Positions 29,655-39,242 of a stretch of DNA of 64,000 nucleotides are shown piece after piece. How positions within the stretch are numbered: position 1 is the stretch's first letter; every line of letters begins with the position of its first letter. Under the pieces are notes generated by a model. That model was not told where the DNA came from. It worked only from the letters and a program-made list of their open reading frames with translations, and did not search any database. The position numbers were made by a program, and so were the translations under genes. Source of the stretch: a virus. The DNA is taken from the IMG/VR virus record IMGVR_UViG_3300042505_000794, positions 15,190-79,189 of that record; one strand, 5' to 3'.

Positions 29655-32449
29655 TGTCAAGTTATGGACCACATAAAGATTCACCAAATAACATTGTTAT
29701 TGAAGGCAATACAATTTCGGTTGAGTTAAAAGTTTCAGGATCAACTGGCACAATTAGTTGGTCCATACCTACTAATATTAATTCCGATGCTTTTTTACCG
29801 GATTCGTACGACGGTATTTTATTGGTTGTAGATACCAAACCGATAGAAAAATCACCTGTTAGTAATAAATTTTACCAAGCTGACAATACCGTTGATACAG
29901 ATAAACATGTCGGTGACAGACTAGACAATGGTCTAGTCGTTGCTGCAATTTATAATGATAAGCGTACCAATTCAGTTGAAATAACTGACTTATTACCAAA
30001 TACAAATTATTATGTAGCAGCTTTTGCTTGTGATAACGTACGTAGATATGCACCAGGTGTTTTTAGTTATTCGTTACCTTACGAAACAAAAAGATTATCA
30101 TTAGATACCGCTGGATATCATAAAGTTAAATTAGGTGTTTTACCGGAAGATGAAACCGGTATAGTAGATGATAAAACGTTAAAAGTAAATATTGATGGTA
30201 CAGACTATACACTGTCGATAGCTTCAATGCCTACATATAGTGATCTTATTGAACAGATCAATTTGAAATTAGCTATGTTGAGTAATCCATTTGTTATTAC
30301 AAGACCGCCTAATACTAATAGTTACACAGTCATTAATAAACAATTAGCAAAATGGGATGGAGGTAAATCTATACCGTTGGAATGCTACTTTGGTAAAACC
30401 GCTCCTGATTTTATTCCTGAGAATACGTATTGGTATAACGACAATACATTATGGCAATGGTATGCTGGTTCATGGAATTCAAATGAACTATTTACCTTTA
30501 TTCACTCTGTTGATAATTTAGTATGTGGTGATGTTTGGTATGAACCTGATACCACATTATCTCATATCTGGAATGGATATAATTGGAACAAATTTAAAAC
30601 ATTTGTTAATAATGTAGATCCCAGTATATGTGTCGAACCTACTTGTAAAAATGTATGGTTTGATGGTACTAACTATTACAAATATAAAAGAACTTGGAAA
30701 AAACTAAATGTTTTTGCATCAACCGTTGACCCTCTTACCTACTATAACGGGTATTACTGGTACAATAATAATAAAATTTCACAGTTAATCAACGGTGAAT
30801 GGACTGATGTTGAGGTTACAGTTTCTGAAACAGAACCAACAGATTTAACTGTTACTTGGTACAAACCATCTGATAATCAATTTAGACAATCAGTTAATAG
30901 TATTTGGGGTGTTGTCACTGCTAGTATCATTAATGTACAGTTTAATGTTTTGTTACCTGGTGAATGGTATTGGTTTGATGACACTAATTTATATACCTGG
31001 GATGAAATCAATAATGAGTGGGATGTGGTTACAGAAATTACTACAAGTTTCACTGATCCTAAACTTAGTCCTGTAAAAACTAACGATTTCTGGCTAAATG
31101 GTACAGCATTAAAACAATGGGATGGTAGTCAGTGGGTTGATATAGCTCAATATATCAATCAAGTCGGTGAACCGACATTAACAACTGGTACAATTTGGTA
31201 TAACGGTACCAATTTTAACCAGTGGGATGGAAATAGTTGGATTTCACTTGAGGTTATTACTACATTAACTTCTACTTTTACATCACTAACTATTGGTCAA
31301 TTTTGGTTTGACACCTTATCTGAAACGTTAATGATGTGGAATGGTACAGATTGGGTACCATTAATGTATTCTGAAGCAAGTGCAGCTCCAGCCGTAGGTA
31401 CATTATGGTACGATATGCACGATATGCATGAATGGAATGGTACAGAATGGGTAGATTCTCCACCAAAAGGTATTGCTGAACTTGTAGACGGTGTTATTAA
31501 ATTTACCAGTTCTACATTAGGTAGTAAATCTAAATTTGTTATCTATGAATACGACGATGATGAGAACCCTAACCTGTTTCACTATACCTCGCCACTAGGT
31601 CAATTTGAAAAATATGTTATAGGTACTGACCATATTTCAACAGTACCAATGTATAAGCAGACTGGTGTAGGTACTGATGGTACACCAGATGAACGTAGAG
31701 TGTTAGCTAATAATATTTTGATGTATTTGGGTTATCCATCTATTCAAATTGAACTCGATAAAGCGCAAGTTGATTTATGTATTGACATGGCTTTAGCATC
31801 ATTCAGAAAAATGTCTGCAAGTGCTTACGAAAGATCTGTTTTCTTTTTAGATTTAGAACCAAATATTCAATCTTACTTATTAACAGATGGTACTGTTGGA
31901 TTAAATAAAATTGTTGATGTACAGGCTGTGTATAGACGTAATAGCTCGTTTATGAGCGCTAGTGCTGGTAACGGTATATACGCACAACAATTTTTGCAAT
32001 GGTTGTATGCACCTAGTGCTCAAATGGATCTAACATCTTATCATATTATATCACAATATATTGAAACGATGGAAATTCTATTTGCTGTTCGATTAGTACA
32101 TCGATTCAACGAAAGACAAAGACGTCTTGATTTTTATCAAAACATCGGTGTTCCTGAACGTGTACTCGTGGATTGCACGATTGAACGTACTGAGCAAGAT
32201 CTGTTTACAGATAGAACCTGTAGTAAATGGTTATTGAATTGGGCATCTGCTGAAGCGTGTCATATGTTAGCTAATATACGTGGTAAATATGGTACAGTAC
32301 CAGGTGCGGGTGGTAGTGTTTCATTGAATGCAGGTGATATGCAATCAAGAGCTGACGCACTATTTGAAAGATGTCATTTTGAAATCGATAATTATATTGC
32401 TAACGAACCAGAGAATATTGGTTTAGAAAGTACATTAGTTTGGGGGTAA
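29654..32449 (+). CDS. Neck protein (T4 gp13-like) with large N-terminal FN3-like/Trp-repeat extension
   Basis: C-terminal LGYPSIQIELD...LANIRGKY..VPGAGGSVSLN is gp13-like; preceded by Trp-rich repeats. Confidence 0.85.
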   Translation: MSSYGPHKDSPNNIVIEGNTISVELKVSGSTGTISWSIPTNINSDAFLPDSYDGILLVVDTKPIEKSPVSNKFYQADNTVDTDKHVGDRLDNGLVVAAIYNDKRTNSVEITDLLPNTNYYVAAFACDNVRRYAPGVFSYSLPYETKRLSLDTAGYHKVKLGVLPEDETGIVDDKTLKVNIDGTDYTLSIASMPTYSDLIEQINLKLAMLSNPFVITRPPNTNSYTVINKQLAKWDGGKSIPLECYFGKTAPDFIPENTYWYNDNTLWQWYAGSWNSNELFTFIHSVDNLVCGDVWYEPDTTLSHIWNGYNWNKFKTFVNNVDPSICVEPTCKNVWFDGTNYYKYKRTWKKLNVFASTVDPLTYYNGYYWYNNNKISQLINGEWTDVEVTVSETEPTDLTVTWYKPSDNQFRQSVNSIWGVVTASIINVQFNVLLPGEWYWFDDTNLYTWDEINNEWDVVTEITTSFTDPKLSPVKTNDFWLNGTALKQWDGSQWVDIAQYINQVGEPTLTTGTIWYNGTNFNQWDGNSWISLEVITTLTSTFTSLTIGQFWFDTLSETLMMWNGTDWVPLMYSEASAAPAVGTLWYDMHDMHEWNGTEWVDSPPKGIAELVDGVIKFTSSTLGSKSKFVIYEYDDDENPNLFHYTSPLGQFEKYVIGTDHISTVPMYKQTGVGTDGTPDERRVLANNILMYLGYPSIQIELDKAQVDLCIDMALASFRKMSASAYERSVFFLDLEPNIQSYLLTDGTVGLNKIVDVQAVYRRNSSFMSASAGNGIYAQQFLQWLYAPSAQMDLTSYHIISQYIETMEILFAVRLVHRFNERQRRLDFYQNIGVPERVLVDCTIERTEQDLFTDRTCSKWLLNWASAEACHMLANIRGKYGTVPGAGGSVSLNAGDMQSRADALFERCHFEIDNYIANEPENIGLESTLVWG

Positions 32450-32450
32450 T

Positions 32451-32945
32451 ATGAAATTGTTTGAAATACTCAATACAAGTATTCAATATCGATCTCCAAC
32501 TGCACATGACGCTGAAAAAATTGTTGATTTAAAAACACAATTATATATGCAAAATGGCGATAACATGCCTACCCCTCCTCGCTTAGAAGGTGAGCATACA
32601 AATATCAACGTATTAACATCTAAAAATAATTTTTATAAAATAGTAGTTAATGGTGAAGATATTGTTGGATATTGTTCTATGAAAGAATATAAACCATCAG
32701 AAGGTATTTTCGGTATAGGTATTTTAAATTCGTATAGTGGTCATGGAATAGGTAAAGCATTAATGACTGATCTTATTTCACATACAAAATTACATGGTAT
32801 CGATTCACTAGATTGTTATGTTGGTAAGACTAACGCACCTGCTATTGAATTATATAAAAAATTTGGTTTTGCAATAACTGGTAAAGAAGGTAATAATTTC
32901 ATTATGAAACTTTCATTCAATAATCGATTAACAGGTTTAAAATAA
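32451..32945 (+). CDS. GNAT-family acetyltransferase
   Basis: Motif A YSGHGIGKALM and motif B NAPAIELYKKFGF. Confidence 0.88.
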   Translation: MKLFEILNTSIQYRSPTAHDAEKIVDLKTQLYMQNGDNMPTPPRLEGEHTNINVLTSKNNFYKIVVNGEDIVGYCSMKEYKPSEGIFGIGILNSYSGHGIGKALMTDLISHTKLHGIDSLDCYVGKTNAPAIELYKKFGFAITGKEGNNFIMKLSFNNRLTGLK

Positions 32946-32946
32946 C

Positions 32947-34452
32947 ATGGTATATAACCCTAATCGAGTAGTACCTCCAGAAACCCATAACAACGGCGCA
33001 TTCCAATTATGGGATGAACCATTATCGAACCGGTTGATGAACGATTATGTTACCGAGAATTTAAATATCGGTGGATGCGTAGTAAACGTTCATAAACTGT
33101 TAGGTGTACATGAGCAAAAAACGTTATCGCAATTAGCGGGTACCCCTATTTGCAACGGACAATACCCTGAATTCCCTGTTAATAACATTAGTGAGAATAA
33201 CAATTATGAATGGCATTCTATCAAATATTGTGGAGTACGTGACCCAAACACCTTTATCGGTTATGATTTTGGTCCTATTATGTTACCAAACGGTCAGGAC
33301 AAATACGCGATACCAACAGAAGTTAAATACCACATTCGTTCCGTTTTTATTCAACAAAGTTCATTAGAAAAGAATAGAGTTTCTAAAGTACGTGTCGAAA
33401 ATTCAAATAACGGCACTGAGTGGAAAGGAGTATCATTATTAAATATACCTAACGATGATGCAGAACATTGGCTAGATATTAAAGCGAGTTACCCTGCTAG
33501 ATTTTGGAGATTAGTTCCAATCAACTATGTCGGTGATGGATTGTGGGGTATTAAAAAGTTTGCTTTATCAGAATACGATTCTACTCAACTAAGCAATGTA
33601 CAAGATGTGATCTTGCTTGAAAATAGAGATAGAAATTATTCAACCGATCCAATACCTATTAAAGCTTATTTTGATCAAAATGATATCTCTACTGATTTAT
33701 CACAATTCGGTATTAATCTGAACGACAAGTACACTTTTAAGTTTGGATTTAATTTAACTATTCAAAAAATTAAAAGACCTATCGTGGTCGGTGATATATT
33801 AGATGTACTTGCTGAAATACAATTTGATCCAAATTTGACACCAGTTAAGAAATATCTTGAGGTAACTGATGTAACTTGGACTGCTAGTGGATACACTCCT
33901 AACTGGCAACCTACATTATACACCGTTACAGCTCAACCAATGTTTGCTAGTCAGGAAACTCGTGACATTGTCGGAGAGTTGAATAATGACTTCTTTGATG
34001 CATTAACAGATGGGTTTAATACTACTGCGTTAAAAGTTAGTAAAGCTATTCGCGCTGAATCAAATACGTTAGTACCTGAGTTTGGATCAAGTTTAAATGA
34101 TTCATACGAGATACCACCTGAATTAGTAGATATTGGTAAAAAACATGGCGTTAACTACAATAAATTAAATGTTGGACCAAAAAGATACCCATTTGAAGAT
34201 GCAATGCCTCCAAACGGGCTACCATACACTGAAGGTGATACGTTCCCTGAGAATCCAAAAAATAAAGATTATCATCGCATGACGTACAGTCAATTAACTG
34301 ATCCGATACCGCCTAGGTTGTACCAATACTCAAGTGTTAAATCACGTTGGATATATCTTGAAACAGATTTACGATTTGCTGATAACGGTAAAAAACCAAC
34401 ATTAGATCAACATATTGCTGGTAATGTTGATGTAAGTAAATTAAAAGGTTAA
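32947..34452 (+). CDS. Neck/head-closure protein (T4 gp14-like) with discoidin-like insertion
   Basis: VNVHKLLG, QDVILLENRDRNY, DLSQFG, RPIVVGDI, GYTPNWQP; insertion containing ARFWRL. Confidence 0.75.
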   Translation: MVYNPNRVVPPETHNNGAFQLWDEPLSNRLMNDYVTENLNIGGCVVNVHKLLGVHEQKTLSQLAGTPICNGQYPEFPVNNISENNNYEWHSIKYCGVRDPNTFIGYDFGPIMLPNGQDKYAIPTEVKYHIRSVFIQQSSLEKNRVSKVRVENSNNGTEWKGVSLLNIPNDDAEHWLDIKASYPARFWRLVPINYVGDGLWGIKKFALSEYDSTQLSNVQDVILLENRDRNYSTDPIPIKAYFDQNDISTDLSQFGINLNDKYTFKFGFNLTIQKIKRPIVVGDILDVLAEIQFDPNLTPVKKYLEVTDVTWTASGYTPNWQPTLYTVTAQPMFASQETRDIVGELNNDFFDALTDGFNTTALKVSKAIRAESNTLVPEFGSSLNDSYEIPPELVDIGKKHGVNYNKLNVGPKRYPFEDAMPPNGLPYTEGDTFPENPKNKDYHRMTYSQLTDPIPPRLYQYSSVKSRWIYLETDLRFADNGKKPTLDQHIAGNVDVSKLKG

Positions 34453-34471
34453 GCGCACTAGGTGCGCTTTT
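34451..34471. terminator. Terminator between convergent genes
   Basis: AAGCGCAC-TAG-GTGCGCTTTT. Confidence 0.7.
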
Positions 34472-34478
34472 CCCCCGT

Positions 34479-35210
34479 CTATACTAATGTTTCCATTACA
34501 TTAATTTCTGTCATTTGTAATTCACTATCTGGGATTTCTGATATCAATGATACGTCTGACACTTTTGCCACACGTATTTTAATATCTTTAATACGGTCAT
34601 CTCTTATTTGTGATGGTGCTACCAAGTATATTATTAGTTCGAATGTTAATGTATCTACTATAATTCTACGGTCCGTACCCAATGGCATGTTTTCACCGCT
34701 TGTAATGCCCGTCAAATCAACTTTTGTTATTTTACTACCGTCAAACTTAGAATCACTCGTTTGAATTTGTATACTTGGATTAAATAATACTAATATCTGT
34801 TCTAATATTTGCCAACGTGTGTCTGTATTGTTTGAAAAAATATGCAGCTCCATTGACATAGTAAACGGTACCGCTGTTATTTGACTGACTGTAACCGTAT
34901 CATGTGGAAATACACCACCTAACGGCGTGAATGCTGTCGTTTTTTCAGTATCTATACCTTTAAATCTGTCTTGCGCTAATGCCATTCCTGTCATAACAGC
35001 TGACATGATAGGTAACCGTAATGGTACGTTTTGTGTATTGTTCGTCATTATTGCTGCTACAGATCTATCCATTGACCCATACATGATTGGCACTTCAATT
35101 GTCTCAATTTCACCAGATTTGTTTATTCCTGTTTTTACCTCTGTTCCTCGAAATATCTCCATAAATTGGACAACATGTTTTTTTATTTGTTGTTGACAGA
35201 AATAAGCCAT
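34479..35210 (-). CDS. Tail terminator/sheath stabiliser (T4 gp15-like)
   Basis: YF..QQIK, VPIMYG, LPIMS, QILEQILVLFNPS. Confidence 0.88.
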   Translation of the reverse strand: MAYFCQQQIKKHVVQFMEIFRGTEVKTGINKSGEIETIEVPIMYGSMDRSVAAIMTNNTQNVPLRLPIMSAVMTGMALAQDRFKGIDTEKTTAFTPLGGVFPHDTVTVSQITAVPFTMSMELHIFSNNTDTRWQILEQILVLFNPSIQIQTSDSKFDGSKITKVDLTGITSGENMPLGTDRRIIVDTLTFELIIYLVAPSQIRDDRIKDIKIRVAKVSDVSLISEIPDSELQMTEINVMETLV

Positions 35211-35236
35211 GTATCACCTCGTTATTCTAATTTGTT

Positions 35237-35244
35237 TATTTATA
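35237..35244 (-). promoter_or_regulatory. Late promoter for the gp15-like gene
   Basis: TATAAATA on the minus strand, followed by a GAGG RBS. Confidence 0.65.
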
Positions 35245-35252
35245 ATATAAAA

Positions 35253-35320
35253 ACCTATGTATATTCCTTTGTTCCCTTTGGGAGATCATTGGACCATTAT
35301 TTTTTAATATCTAGGTATAT
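35253..35320. repeat. Conserved non-coding element, copy A
   Basis: TTTGTTCCCTTTGGGAGATCA (21 nt) and ATATCTAGGTATAT (14 nt) are identical to copy B at 56324-56393. Confidence 0.8.
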
Positions 35321-35383
35321 TAAAACTGGGTCATTTGTTCTCCTCAATTCTCCAATGTTCTACAGCTATACATATAAACGGTA

Positions 35384-35407
35384 GGAAAGAGCTGTTAAGC
35401 TCTTCCC
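35384..35407. terminator. Hairpin downstream of the sheath gene
   Basis: GGAAAGAGC-TGTTAA-GCTCTTCC; weak U tract. Confidence 0.5.
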
Positions 35408-35432
35408 TTGTTGTAGATAGTTTTTAAAACTA

Positions 35433-38400
35433 TTACATTGTCATTGGATCACCAGTTTTAACTAAAGAGATTGGAACATAAATGAACTCAATCGTTTTAG
35501 TTGGTTTCAATGCAATCTCAACGTACAACTCATTACGGTCAATGCTATCTGGTAAGTTATTTGTTTCATCACACAAAATAGCAAAATCGTATAAGCCGTT
35601 ATTAACACGAATATTGTTCAAGTACCCTGAGATAACTGAAACGATATTTTTGCGAACTGTATCAGTGTTTGCTTCCATCAAATATTGCATCATCATTTTT
35701 CTGATGCCTCTACGGATATGCATAACCATACGAGCAACGTTGATACGATCTAATGATGAATTAAACGCAACATTTACGCGAGTTTTTTGTCCCCATACCG
35801 CAATCCCGTGTTGTTCAGAATCATGAATTGGGTTAATGTTGCACAAATTGTATAAACTGTCACGCATACCATCATTTAAACGTACACGATGGAACACTGC
35901 TTGTGATGTACCTAATGTAGCCGCATCAACGTAACCTACTTGTGTTACACCTACTAAGCTTGAAATGATACCTCTATTAGGACCACCAGGAGCTGTCCAA
36001 ACATGACCAACATTATCGTTATATGTAAATGCCGCTAACGCTAAGCCAGATGAAGCACACATTACATCATATCCATCTAAGTTAGATACAACACCATGCG
36101 GATAGTAATAAGCAATCATACCACGGTTATCAGATCTGATATTTGCAGCTGTCGATACAATTGTATTTTCATCAACTGAACGTCCCCATTGAATCACTTC
36201 ACGAGGTGACATCCAATATGGTGTATCAGCAATTACAAATGCTTCTTGTTTAACGCGATCTGCTAACTCTAACATCTCATCTGCTAACTCAGGGTAACCT
36301 GGGCATAAGATAAGGTTAAATTCATATGCTTCAGATGTAATATCACTGACATCATCAAAATCACTTGAGATGTTGTAGTTTAATGTAGTGTTCGCTTTAA
36401 TAATCTGACTTAATTTTAAAACAATACCTTGTCTACGTACCGCATCAGATGTTGTGTAAACAGATGATTTACCTTTTGGATGTGTATTGTTATACCAGCT
36501 ATAAGTTTTAACAAACTCTTCACAACCAGCACGAACAAGATTTTTAAATGCTGTTAAATCAATACCACTAAACGGATTAACTAATGTTTTTGCAATTTTT
36601 GGTTTGTTTACAACATTAATTGTTAAGCGTGTATTAGCTGTATCTAATTCTAATGTATCTGTACCATTATCATCGTGTAAAAATTCAACAGCTGGGTTAG
36701 CAGTACTATTAGTAACTGTAATCGTAGCAGAAGTGGTTGCACCTGTGACTTCAAACACTAATGTTGATTCTAATGTACAAACCGGTGACGCTTGATTAGC
36801 ATCATAGACAAATGTACCGTAGCTGAAACCTGTGCTTTGTACTGCTTCTACTGAAGTTTTACCAACGTAGCTTAGTTTTGCATGTAAGCGATAGAATGTA
36901 TCCCCAGAAACTGTATCAATAAATTCATCTGCTGATAAAACTTCACCTGTAACCAAATTAGCATTATTTCCAGTAGCTGTTAAATCTAAGGTTACAGCTG
37001 TACCAGTTGAACCAATTGCAGTAACATTTAGATCTGTTTCTAATGCAGTAGTGATTGGTAACGTAATATCTTTGCTCAACACTGGTGTGAAGGTATGTAA
37101 AAATTCTTCACCTGCTGATAATGTATACTTACTAGCTGTTACGCTTGCACCAATTGTAACTGTTGAATTGAAAACAATAGCACTTACTGTTTCAACAGAA
37201 CTAGCTATACTAGCGGTTGCTGGCGTATACAGAATATTACCTGTAGCTGTACCAACTACTGTACCAGGTAGTTTTGGACCTGTCGCTGGTGTCGTAATAG
37301 TGTTTCCAGATAATACAAAATTTGTTTTACATGTGTAATTTACAATTTGTTTAGTTACTGGATCCATATTAGGTGTAATCGAATCAATAACACCACTAAT
37401 TACCAAATTATCACTACCTTGTGTGGCAATCGTTGTCAATGCAGGTAATGTTGAGAAATTAACATTTGCTTGAGCAGCATTGTATTTTAAAATTGTACCA
37501 CCAATTAACGATGTTTCGTCAATAAGAGCTTGATGTAATTTACCAACTATTCCGCGGAATAGTAAGCTATTATCAGTCTCACGTTGTAATGGATTCAACA
37601 CTGACGCTGATGTTGGTATAGCACCTTGTATTTTTCTTGCTCCGCTCGATACTAACAGGTTATATAATGTATCTTTTCCTGTAGTAACTGGATCTGTATT
37701 TTCTGCGTACGCTTCATACGCATAAACTTCATGACTACCGCCATTAACATCGTACTCAATAACAGCGTTTTCAACATCAACAAAGTTACCAGTAAGTACA
37801 TCTGTAATGTTGTACATTTTTGAGTTTGGATATTGATTTCCAAATGTACTGGTAACAGATGCTAGGTCTGTAGCCGCAGCACGTATAATCTCTGCTAATT
37901 TACCATTTTCACTGTGTACACGAACAACATTAGCGTAATACTCAGTCATTGCTTGCGCTGCTAATACTGGTGACATACCAGTTAAGTCTGGTTTTGCTAC
38001 AAATCCACCTAAATTAGTAACAACTGTTGGGTCAATATCATCGACACTTGCAAGGTATGTTGAAAACATTGCAGATGCTGAGTTAACAATTTTGTCAATC
38101 GCTAATGACCATTTATCTTGTAAATTTTCAATACTGTCATCTAAATCAATGTCAGCACGGATTACGTAAGCTCTGTTACCTAATTTCAAGAATTGGTTTA
38201 ATGCAAGCAAACCGTATTCATTACGAGCATCACCGTGTTGCGGTTGATCATACACGTCACGATAAAATACCGGAATGCCGTACATTTCGATACTTTCGCG
38301 CAATGATGTGATTAATCTAGGCATACCTGCTTCGATCGTACCTTTTGCAACAGTATTTGAATTGGGTAGTAATTTGCCGTATTTCGTGGCAATGAAAAAT

Positions 38401-38483
38401 AATGGTACGGTTGTTGCTGCTGCTGGCAAATACATCGATTTGTCAGTAACGGTAACTTGTACACCTGGGCTAAGTAATGCCAT
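35433..38483 (-). CDS. Contractile tail sheath (T4 gp18-like) with large insertion
   Basis: LLSPGVQVTVTD, NEYGLLA, FNLILCPGYPEL, WTAPGGPNRG, LDRINVAR, KPTKTIEFIYVP. Confidence 0.95.
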   Translation of the reverse strand: MALLSPGVQVTVTDKSMYLPAAATTVPLFFIATKYGKLLPNSNTVAKGTIEAGMPRLITSLRESIEMYGIPVFYRDVYDQPQHGDARNEYGLLALNQFLKLGNRAYVIRADIDLDDSIENLQDKWSLAIDKIVNSASAMFSTYLASVDDIDPTVVTNLGGFVAKPDLTGMSPVLAAQAMTEYYANVVRVHSENGKLAEIIRAAATDLASVTSTFGNQYPNSKMYNITDVLTGNFVDVENAVIEYDVNGGSHEVYAYEAYAENTDPVTTGKDTLYNLLVSSGARKIQGAIPTSASVLNPLQRETDNSLLFRGIVGKLHQALIDETSLIGGTILKYNAAQANVNFSTLPALTTIATQGSDNLVISGVIDSITPNMDPVTKQIVNYTCKTNFVLSGNTITTPATGPKLPGTVVGTATGNILYTPATASIASSVETVSAIVFNSTVTIGASVTASKYTLSAGEEFLHTFTPVLSKDITLPITTALETDLNVTAIGSTGTAVTLDLTATGNNANLVTGEVLSADEFIDTVSGDTFYRLHAKLSYVGKTSVEAVQSTGFSYGTFVYDANQASPVCTLESTLVFEVTGATTSATITVTNSTANPAVEFLHDDNGTDTLELDTANTRLTINVVNKPKIAKTLVNPFSGIDLTAFKNLVRAGCEEFVKTYSWYNNTHPKGKSSVYTTSDAVRRQGIVLKLSQIIKANTTLNYNISSDFDDVSDITSEAYEFNLILCPGYPELADEMLELADRVKQEAFVIADTPYWMSPREVIQWGRSVDENTIVSTAANIRSDNRGMIAYYYPHGVVSNLDGYDVMCASSGLALAAFTYNDNVGHVWTAPGGPNRGIISSLVGVTQVGYVDAATLGTSQAVFHRVRLNDGMRDSLYNLCNINPIHDSEQHGIAVWGQKTRVNVAFNSSLDRINVARMVMHIRRGIRKMMMQYLMEANTDTVRKNIVSVISGYLNNIRVNNGLYDFAILCDETNNLPDSIDRNELYVEIALKPTKTIEFIYVPISLVKTGDPMTM

Positions 38484-38523
38484 ATGTAAACTCCTAATTC
38501 GTTATCATTTCTGTAAGTTATAG

Positions 38524-38547
38524 TATTTATGTAAATACCCATAAATA
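38524..38547. promoter_or_regulatory. Divergent late promoters for sheath and tube
   Basis: TAAATA on minus (38524-38529) and twice on plus (38532, 38542). Confidence 0.6.
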
Positions 38548-38584
38548 CACAATATCAAAATATAATTAGGAGAGTCTTAATAAA

Positions 38585-39232
38585 ATGGCTACTATTCATG
38601 ACATGGGTATTGATGCCCTTAATACAGGCATCTACCACCCTAAACACAAAAATAGATGGAAAGCAACGTTTACAGGTTTAGGTGGATCTCGGATGTTGCC
38701 TAATCCTGCTGCTGCGATCAGTTCTGCAGGTATTTCTAACGCTGTAACAATGCAAGTGGTAAAAATGTCTCGCCCAAGTTTATCATGGGAAGAAACATCT
38801 TTGCACAGATACAACTCAATCGCATATGTTGCTAATAAACACTCTTGGGAACCAATCAGTATTACGCTTGAAGATGATGTTAATAGTAGAGCGTCATTAG
38901 CATTGCAAAATCAAGCTGAGAAACAACAATTATTGTTAGGCGGAGCGGGTGGTGTTGCAATCGGTGGAGCACTTCAAGGTAGTCCCAACTTCTTACAACC
39001 AGCTGCTGTAGCTAGTGAATATAAATTTGCTTGCGAATTAGCTATGTTGGACGGTGGTAACCAAATCTTAGAAACATGGGTTTTACAAGGATGCTGGTTT
39101 AAATCAATTAACTACGGTGATGTTGATTATAGTGCTGGTGATCAAGTTACTATTGATGTTTCGTTAAGATATGACCATGCTTATCAAATCATTGAAGGTA
39201 CTGATTACGGTACTGCTATCGGTGGTTACTAA
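38585..39232 (+). CDS. Tail tube protein (T4 gp19-like)
   Basis: PKHKNRWK, RPSLSW, KHSWEPISITLEDD, LETWVLQGCW, LRYDHA. Confidence 0.92.
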   Translation: MATIHDMGIDALNTGIYHPKHKNRWKATFTGLGGSRMLPNPAAAISSAGISNAVTMQVVKMSRPSLSWEETSLHRYNSIAYVANKHSWEPISITLEDDVNSRASLALQNQAEKQQLLLGGAGGVAIGGALQGSPNFLQPAAVASEYKFACELAMLDGGNQILETWVLQGCWFKSINYGDVDYSAGDQVTIDVSLRYDHAYQIIEGTDYGTAIGGY

Positions 39233-39242
39233 TTAAGTAACT

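Noticed and set aside
35166-35384. Short ORFs containing FVPFGRS (also 56153-56395)
   Set aside because: The second conserved block is read in different frames in the two copies, so the conservation is at the nucleotide level
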